From NCBI GenBank assembly GCA_964016885.1, contig OZ024744.1, forward strand, positions 74,152,001-74,216,000: DNA of 64,000 nucleotides. Reading direction: 5' to 3'. Positions 1-7,072 of this stretch are shown here, in pieces (within the stretch, counting starts at the first letter, position 1; each line of letters starts with the position of its first letter). Origin of the DNA: Eledone cirrhosa (lineage: Eukaryota). A model generated the notes under the pieces. It searched no databases and was not told the origin of the DNA. It worked only from the letters and a program-made list of their open reading frames with translations. Made by a program: the position numbers and the translations under genes.

Positions 1-517
1 AATATATAAATAGACTGAATTGATGACCCGATCAAAATAAAAATAAAAATAAAAAAACAATAATCAAAATCAAGTTTTAGTTTTAACAAAATGTTTAATT
101 CGAATATTATGGGTAAATGTCAACGCATATATGCGAATAACGATAATTTCACTAAAGATAATTTCACCACCAATACCGCCACCACTACCACGATGAAAAC
201 TCTGGTCAAGTCGACTCAAATTTCTACTCCAACTTCAACACCATCACTACAGTAATACGACCACATCACCACCACCGCTTCCTCACTGTCGCTACCGCCG
301 CTATTCCCTCCCACTACCTCCTGCTAGTTGCTGCTAGCACAGCACCGCCACCACCCCCGCCGCCGCTGCCTCAGTATCACTACCGCCGCTATTCTCTCCC
401 ACTATCCGCTGCCACATTGTAGAATTCCCACTAAAAGAGGAAAACATCAAAATATATAAATAGACTGAATTGATGACCCGGTCAAAATAAAAAAGAAACA
501 ACAAAAATCAAAATCAA
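1..517. repeat. Direct repeat with 450-bp spacing (1-~73 and 451-~517) enclosing C-rich low-complexity sequence
   Basis: aatatataaatagactgaattgatgacccg(a/g)tcaaaataaaaa occurs at 1 and 451, each followed by a similar A-rich tract ending in aatcaaaatcaa. The window starts inside the first copy. Confidence 0.75.
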
Positions 518-671
518 AGCAGCACAGCAACAACGAAACACGTAAAGGAAATAAAAGTGAAGAGAAAAACAAACGGACGGACAGAGAAGGGAAGGGAAAA
601 ACTAAGTCAGACATTCAAACACTACATTACAATGAAACTTATGCTTATTCATTTTTGGAGTTTTTTCTGCC

Positions 672-689
672 TGTTTGTTTGTTTGTTTG
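672..689. repeat. (GTTT)4 microsatellite near the probable 5' boundary of the R4/Dong element
   Basis: tgtttgtttgtttgtttg read directly. Confidence 0.8.
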
Positions 690-812
690 GGTTCGTCTAC
701 AGCGTGATAATGCCACACAAAAGTCACGTGGAGTGACGAAACCACCGGAGACAAGTAATTCACCGGTGGTTATGTAACCATACATTCGCAAATCCTCGAT
801 AAGGGTGTTTAA

Positions 813-3800
813 ATGTCGAACCTAAACAGTTCGAATAACGGTGAAATGGAGACTAGAATGTCATGTGACAGACTCCCACCCTACAGGTGCTCCCTGGCTC
901 AGCAGCAGGGACCTGGCTGTCAACCAAATACTGCTGGTGTCGGAGGAAGAAGAAGAAGGAAAGGGACCAGAACCAACTGGACGAAAGAATTGAATAGAAC
1001 TGTTATGCAATGTTACCTGAAGAGTAACCCCAAGGAGAAAGGCTATAGGAAAAGGATGCATAGCATCTGGAACGAGATTGGTCCATTTAAATTAGATGAA
1101 CAAAAACTGGCCGGGCAGGCTCGGGTAATAAGAACTAATGGGTGGATAAGCGAGCTGGAACTGGAGGAACTGGGCAGAGAGATTAGCTTGGAGATGGAGG
1201 GTGGAGTATGCCAGGCAAACGAGCCAGTGGGGAATGAAGGTGAAGAGGTCGAGAGAACGGAGGAACCATCCGAAACAGACAATGATCTGAATGCTGAGAT
1301 AAATAATACCTGGAACAGAGATACGGCCACTGAGGAGATGAATGCTGACAGGCTAGGACAAGATTTGGTAGATATCCTTGGGAGACCTATGAACCTAAGA
1401 TTTGTAGACAGGAAAAAGTTAAAAGAAACAACAGCTAAGGTAAACAAAGTCATCCCATACCTTGAGGCGAGGAGCCTTCACCAGTGCAACAATATCCTCA
1501 AAGCAACAGCAAATACGGTGAGGAAACTACTTGGTATAAAAGCGAGAGGAAACAACAGACAAGAAAGAGCAGAGCCTTGGTGGAAGAAACGACTGAGTGG
1601 TCAAATCAGGGAAATGAGAAATGACATTGGAAAGCTTGAGTCACTACTGAATGGGACACTAAAAAACATAGACACTAAAAATAGACTGGAAATAAAGTAC
1701 AAAACTAGGAGGAAAAAGCTAAATATTATCATAGAGGAACTGAAGCAACGCATTGTAGCAAAAAGTGCAAAAATCAGGCGATACGAGAACAGAGTCAGCC
1801 AGTATAGACAGAACCGCAGATTCGACAACAACCAGAAGATGCTGTTTGGACAGCTTGAAGGGAAAGAAAGAGGCAACGACTTGATCCCTGAGGCGGAACA
1901 AACTAAAACATTCTGGAAAAGAATATGGGAGCAGGATGTTAAACATAATGACCAGGCAGTGTGGATTGAGACAGTACAGAAGGAGATCAGTGAACAGGCA
2001 CGCCAACAAACTGATTTGAGTATCACAGTTGAAACTCTTAAGGGGCAGGCCAAAAAACTAACCAACTGGAAATCACCTGGCCCAGATGGTGTGCAGGGGT
2101 ATTGGATTAAAAACATAACATCCCTCCACCCGAAACTGACAACCATGTTCGATGACTGCTTGATGTCAGGTGAGGTACCAGAGTGGTTGACAAAAGGTAC
2201 CACAGTTCTGATAATGAAAGACCGAATCAAGGGTAATGATGTTACCAACTATAGACCTATCACATGTCTGTCCGTAATGTGGAAACTGTTGACAAGCATT
2301 ATGTCTGAGGAAATCTACCATCACCTCCACACAAACAACTTGTTACCGGACGAACAGAAAGGATGCCGAAAGAAGTCACGTGGTACAAAGGACCAGTTAC
2401 TTATTGATAAGATGGTAATGAGGAATTGCAAGAGGAGACACACTGGTCTTGCCATGGGATGGATAGACTACAAAAAGGCATTTGACATAGTGCCTCATTC
2501 TTGGATCACCAAAAGTCTGGAGATCTTCAAGGTGGCAGATAACATCAGGCAGCTGTTGGGCAAAAGTATGAAGTCCTGGGAAACAGAGTTAACATCAACT
2601 GGAGAATCCTTGGGAAGCGTGAAGATCAAGAGAGGTATCTTCAAGGGAGATAGTCTGTCCCCTCTGTTGTTTGTCCTTGCCCTGATGCCTCTGACCAGTG
2701 TACTACGAAATGTGAGAGCAGGATACAGGTTGGGAAAGGGAGGGCTTGCCATCAATCACCTCCTCTTCATGGACGATCTTAAGCTCTTCGGGAAGAGTGA
2801 GAAGGAGTTGGATGTGCTTGTTGACACTGTCCGTATTTTCAGCAACGATATATGTATGCAATTTGGTATTAGTAAGTGTGGAGTCATTGTGATGAGGAGG
2901 GGTAAGTTGAGCAGAAGTAACGGAATCCAGATAGCAACAGGTGAGATGATAAAAGAAATTGACTCTGAAGAAGGATACAAGTATTTGGGCGTTCTGGAGG
3001 CTGATGACATCAAGAAAAAAAAATGAAGGAATTGATAAGAACTGAATACCTTCGGAGAGTAAGGAGCGTATTAAAGTTACATCTGAACAATAGGAATGCC
3101 ATAAGTGCAGTAAATTCCCAAGCTGTGTCTATTATTAGGTACAGTGCGGGAATTCTAAGATGGAATGTTGCTGAACAAAAAGAAATGGATAGGAAGACTA
3201 GGAAGCTATTGACTATCTACAATATGTTCCACAAGAGGAGTGATGTCCATAGACTCTACTTAAGGAGATCTGAGGGTGGAAGAGGTCTTATCAGCATAGA
3301 GGACTGTGTTCAGATGGAGAAAAACGACCTACACAAATACGTGACTGATAGTAAGGAGCCAATGCTCAGAGCTGTACTGAAGGAGGGGACAATAGGCCAG
3401 GGGATGTCCAAGGAGGAAATAACATCAAGGAGAAAGAGCAGCCTTCAGGAAAAATCCCTTCATAGTACCTTCTTTGAGAAAACTTAATTTAGAGATCCAC
3501 AGACATAGAACTGATTGAAAAGAGGAGACCTTAAAAAGGCTACAGAAGGAATGTTAATGGCTGCGCAGGAGCGGGCCCTCAAAACGAAGTGGTTGAAACA
3601 CCACATTTACAAGGAGGAGGCTAGCCCACTGTGCAGGATCTGTGGAGAGAGAGAGGAGACTGTGGCTCACATTGTATCCGAGTGTAAACACCTAGCCCAG
3701 ACTCACTATAAGGGCTGGAGACATGATGTGATGGGCAGGGTGATCCACTGGCACCTATGAAAAGTAAACAATTTACCACATTCTGAGAAGTGGTATGAGC

Positions 3801-4204
3801 ATAAGCCAGAGGCGGTGATGGAGAACGATCAGGTGAAGGTGCTTTGGGATTTTAGGATACAGACGGACAAGAAACTGGCACACAATAGACCTGACCTGGT
3901 GGTTTTGGACAAAGAAAAAAGATCGTGCCTGATTGTGGATGTGGCCTACCCATTCGACACGAGAGTGCAAGAGAAGGAGAGGGAGAAAATTAACCGATAC
4001 CAGGACTTAAAGTGGGAGGTAACAAGGATTTGGAACTGCCATGAAGTCAAAGTGGTCCCGATTGCCATAGGCGCACTAGGGACTATCTCAAAAAGTTTCC
4101 AGGGATGGTTAAAGAAAATTGGCCCCTTCACGCTTTTTGGAACGCTTCAATGGGCATGCTTGCTGGGAACAGCAAGAACCCTCCGATACGTCCTTAATAT
4201 CTGA
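813..4204 (+). pseudogene. Disrupted RT-CCHC-restriction-like endonuclease polyprotein of the R4/Dong element
   Basis: RT motifs WKSPGPDG, NYRPITCL, QKGC..GTKDQL, WIDYKKAFD, GIFKGDSLSP (K at the usual Q), LFMDD and YKYLG. Zinc knuckle CRICGEREETVAHIVSEC. RLE motifs RHD, RPDLVV, IVDVA and K..RYQDL. Frameshift at the A9 run 3015-3023; in-frame stops at 3485, 3506, 3512 and 3758. Track ORFs 3023, 3515 and 3815 share one frame. Confidence 0.92.
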
Positions 4205-4280
4205 ACCTACAGGTAATGGCTTGATATTCATTTCAACAAACTTTCCAGTTAACTAACATCAATGACTGAGAGTCAAAGAG

Positions 4281-4332
4281 TAATAACAATAATAATAATA
4301 ATAATAATAATAATGATAATAATAATAATAAT
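4281..4332. repeat. (AAT)n microsatellite, the tail or target of the Dong element
   Basis: About 17 AAT units with two variant units, directly after the 3' UTR. Confidence 0.95.
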
Positions 4333-4472
4333 GAGTTCTTTAATGGCCACAAGGGCTGACATCAAGTTCAACATTACAGACGGCACAGGACGGTACAGGA
4401 CGGTACGATGTGGGTTTTGTGCGTGTAAATATTTGTTATTATTTCTATAAGAAAAGAAAAAGACATAGAAAC

Positions 4473-4489
4473 ATATATATATATATATA
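4473..4489. repeat. (AT)n microsatellite at the left end of the Penelope-like element
   Basis: Read directly; overlaps the first bases of the 66-bp inverted repeat. Confidence 0.9.
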
Positions 4490-4552
4490 ATATAAGATCA
4501 AAAGATGGTTAAAGGAGTTCCATGTATTTTATTATGCGCATTTCAAAAACAA
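4487..4552 (+). repeat. 66-bp inverted repeat, left arm (3' end of the PLE)
   Basis: ataatataagatcaaaagatggttaaaggagttccatgtattttattatgcgcatttcaaaaacaa is the exact reverse complement of 6703-6768. Confidence 0.95.
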
Positions 4553-4602
4553 ACATCATCATGCAATAATATTTGTGTTTTCATCAGATAAAACAGGAGA
4601 AC
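4517..4602 (-). ncRNA. Type I hammerhead ribozyme motif in the PLE pseudo-LTR
   Basis: Minus strand reads stem I UGUUUUAU (4595-4588), CUGAUGA (4587-4581), stem II hairpin of 36 nt (4580-4545; ~15 bp with one mismatch and G-U pairs), GAAA (4544-4541), palindromic UGCGCA (4540-4535), UA, then stem I partner AUAAAAUA (4532-4525). Predicted cleavage is after AUA, between 4533 and 4532. Confidence 0.88.
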
Positions 4603-4688
4603 ATGATATGAAGGCTAAAACACACTTGTGGATAGTGCAGTTTTAAATCAACATATGAAAAGTGGTTTTAGATTGATGTGTGATATTG

Positions 4689-5092
4689 GGAAAAAATATT
4701 TTATTTAGAGAGGGGGGGTGGAAAGGATGAAAAGGGAAGGAGATGAGAGGGAGAGATGGGTGATAGAGAGAAAGTGATAGTTTTTATAACTGAGAGGAGA
4801 TATATTTTTTACATAGAGAGGTTGAAAACCGTTGGAAGATACTGTATAAATTAAAAATTTTGAAAATTAACGAAGGGAGGATATGTGCGAGGAAAAAATA
4901 TTTTATTTAGGGAGGGGGGGATGAAAAAAAGGGGGAGGAGATGAGAGTGAAGGTGGAGAGGGAGAGATGGGTGATAGAGAGAAAGAGATAGTTTTTATAA
5001 CTGAGAAAAAGATATATTGTTTTAACATAGAGAGGTTGGGAACCGTTGGAAGATAATGTATAAATTAAAGGAATTTGAAAATTAACGAAGGG
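4689..5092. repeat. ~200-bp diverged tandem duplication in the PLE 3' region
   Basis: ggaaaaaatattttatttag...gagggagagatgggtgatagagagaaag.gatagtttttataactgaga...aaccgttggaagata...gaaaattaacgaaggga occurs at ~4689-4878 and ~4891-5092. Confidence 0.85.
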
Positions 5093-5582
5093 AAATTATG
5101 TATGAAGATAGAGAGAAAAAAATAATAATTGTGGATGAATATTCTAACGTCAAAAAAAGAAATGTATATATTGTGGCAATTTCAAAATTAACGAAGAGAA
5201 AAATTATTAAGGTTTGTGTGTAGAAGGATTTGAGAAAAATAATGTGAAGTAAAAGTTTGTATATTGGTTGAATTGATAATATATGCGAATAAAGAGTTAA
5301 TATGTATTAATAATGAGTTCGTTGATGGGGAGAAAAAAATAATAAATTAAGGATGAAATTGAGATTAAAAAGATTTATGATAGAGAGAAAAAATAATAAT
5401 GATTGCGGATGAATATTGTATATGTTATGATTTTACAAGGTGAAGATAGAATGAGGGTAATGAGTAAACAAGTATTATAGAGTGTATAATGCCCTTTAAA
5501 GTAAGGTAGATGGGTATATTTTAAAGAGGTGTATGTATATGGGCCTTTGAGAAAAGATTCTAAATTGATAAAGAATTGAATA

Positions 5583-6701
5583 TTAACTGTATACTTTGTG
5601 AAAAGTTCTATGGAATTTATGCAGGCAGATAGAAAACAAATCTGTGCGTCTATTTATTATAGAATCTAGGTTAGAGATAATGGTAAACTTTTCATTTAGG
5701 CAGAGATTACAGATTTTAGATAGAGAGCTGTTCAAGTATGAGGATGCAGAAGAAATCTTCTTCCAAAAGATGGTATATTTAATGTTTTTGTCTTTTAAGG
5801 ACCATATGAGTTCTGAGAGAGCAGTGTTAGTTCTTTTAAGTTTGTATTTGAAAGATGAATGATGATTATAGAGACGAGCTTTAAAAGAGGTGGAAGTGGA
5901 GCCAAAATAGGTGAAGGAATTGGTGCTAGTTATAATTTTACATTCATAAATTAAGTTTTTATCGAGACAATGGTTGTTGAGAGGACATTTATTTTTAATG
6001 CGGCAGTTGCAATTAGAGAGATTATTAATGAGTGATCTAGTGTTATCTATAGAAGGAATTGGATTGGAGAAGTTGTTTGCGATAGGAATAATAGGAATAA
6101 TAGTTTCTTGATTTAGAGTTGGATTATGAACATTTAGCGAAGTTGTGTTTGACGTTGTATTTGGGTTTACAGAAGTTAGCCTAGGGTTTACAATGACGTC
6201 GGGAGTACTATTACTGTTATTATGAAATTCAATATTGGAAGGAAGAGATTTAGTATTTAGTATTTTATTGTTGTGTTTAGAGATGATGTTGGAAATATTG
6301 GAGGATGTAGAATACGAAAATTTGATGGTGTGTTTGTTAAATATTTTACTATAGATATGTGAGGGAGGGAAGCATTTATTTAAGGCACTAAAGAATAATT
6401 TAGGAATATTGTTATTAATAGAGATGGAGAAAGGAGCATTATACCAGATTATGTTTTTGTATCTAGGTCTTTTATTAAAAATATTGGAATGGTCATGATT
6501 AATTATTCTACTGTAAGTTTTTCTAGAATTTGTTTCTTTACTATATTTGATTTTATCTGGATAGCCGGCTTTAGAAAGTGCGTTATTATAGTAATTGGCG
6601 TTAGCATCAAAGATGTTTTTATTAGAAGATATGTTAGATATTCTATTTCCAATATTATTAACTATAGCATTCTTGATATTGGTAGGATCGTTAGATTTAA
6701 A
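5583..6701 (-). CDS. 5'-truncated Penelope-like (Naiad-type) polyprotein: RT thumb, linker, Zn finger and GIY-YIG endonuclease; 372 codons, no start codon, absent from the ORF track
   Basis: Hand translation without stops: FKSNDPTNIKNAIVNNIGNRISNISSNKNIF...ALSKAGY...KNIIWYNAPFS...KCFPPSHIYSKIFNKHTIKFSYS...HNNKILN...CNCRIKNKCPLNNHCLDKNLIYEC...TYFGSTSTSFKARLYNHHSSF...TALSELIWSLKD...W...CNLCLNEK...INRRTDLFSICLH...TAA (5585-5583). Confidence 0.9.
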   Translation of the reverse strand, partial: FKSNDPTNIKNAIVNNIGNRISNISSNKNIFDANANYYNNALSKAGYPDKIKYSKETNSRKTYSRIINHDHSNIFNKRPRYKNIIWYNAPFSISINNNIPKLFFSALNKCFPPSHIYSKIFNKHTIKFSYSTSSNISNIISKHNNKILNTKSLPSNIEFHNNSNSTPDVIVNPRLTSVNPNTTSNTTSLNVHNPTLNQETIIPIIPIANNFSNPIPSIDNTRSLINNLSNCNCRIKNKCPLNNHCLDKNLIYECKIITSTNSFTYFGSTSTSFKARLYNHHSSFKYKLKRTNTALSELIWSLKDKNIKYTIFWKKISSASSYLNSSLSKICNLCLNEKFTIISNLDSIINRRTDLFSICLHKFHRTFHKVYS

Positions 6702-6702
6702 G

Positions 6703-6768
6703 TTGTTTTTGAAATGCGCATAATAAAATACATGGAACTCCTTTAACCATCTTTTGATCTTATATTAT
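6703..6768 (-). repeat. 66-bp inverted repeat, right arm (inverted pseudo-LTR piece at the 5' truncation point)
   Basis: Exact reverse complement of 4487-4552. Carries only the GAAA-UGCGCA-UA half of the hammerhead, on the + strand. Confidence 0.95.
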
Positions 6769-6851
6769 GCATACTCCAGTCCTACAAACTGTAGAGTGCT
6801 TCTTATCTGATATCTGCATTGCTTTATCGTACTACAATAAAACTCACCTCC

Positions 6852-6854
<3 letters not shown>

Positions 6855-6923
<69 letters not shown>
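6855..6923. repeat. (AT)~34 microsatellite between the PLE and the 3' end of the L1/Tx1 element
   Basis: Perfect dinucleotide run, read directly. Confidence 0.98.
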
Positions 6924-6926
<3 letters not shown>

Positions 6927-7072
6927 AATAAAAACAATAAAATTGAAACAATGAAAAATTCCCCAATAGGGGGGAACCTCCGATGGTTACTCGTGGCGAA
7001 AACCACACAAAAGACCACGGCCACCCTTACCACCAGGGCAAGCACCCTCTCTCAATTTTTCCATCTCTCAAA

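Larger units (their letters stand above)
690..4332 (+). mobile_element. R4/Dong-clade (RLE-type) non-LTR retrotransposon, near full length, disabled
   Basis: Single-ORF architecture: N-terminal WTKELN..CY..GYRKRM..W..EQKL..Q domain, RT, CCHC and PD-(D/E)xK endonuclease, then a ~75-nt 3' UTR and (AAT)n tail at 4281-4332. The 5' boundary is approximate. Confidence 0.88.
4487..6854 (-). mobile_element. Penelope-like retroelement (Naiad-type), 5'-truncated, with inverted partial pseudo-LTR
   Basis: Minus-strand RT-thumb/GIY-YIG frame at 6701-5583, a ~1.1-kb AT-rich 3' region, a hammerhead motif at 4517-4602, a perfect 66-bp inverted repeat (4487-4552 / 6703-6768) and (AT)n on both flanks. Inclusion of 6769-6854 is inferred. 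Confidence 0.88.

Noticed and set aside
3001-3007. CTGATGA as a second hammerhead core
   Set aside because: It lies in coding sequence (ADD) with no stem II-GAAA-stem III arrangement following.
3015-3026. Programmed ribosomal frameshift at the A9 run
   Set aside because: R4-clade elements have a single ORF and this copy has other lesions. A homopolymer indel or sequencing error is more likely.
3758-3760. In-frame TGA at a probable Cys position (HWHL*) read as selenocysteine
   Set aside because: The same ORF has TAA and TAG stops and a frameshift, so ordinary decay is the simpler explanation. No SECIS was recognised.
861-4131. Minus-strand track ORFs over the Dong element, and + strand ORFs over the PLE and L1 (e.g. 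5644, 6489, 7690, 8698, 10689)
   Set aside because: These are antisense shadows of retroelement coding sequence with no recognisable motifs.
5583-6701. Selenoprotein-type Naiad (reported for some members of the group)
   Set aside because: All Cys codons read here are TGT or TGC; there is no in-frame TGA in the retained part.
4487-6768. TIR DNA transposon or MITE
   Set aside because: The interior encodes PLE RT-thumb/GIY-YIG rather than a transposase, and the repeat arm is part of a hammerhead-bearing pseudo-LTR.
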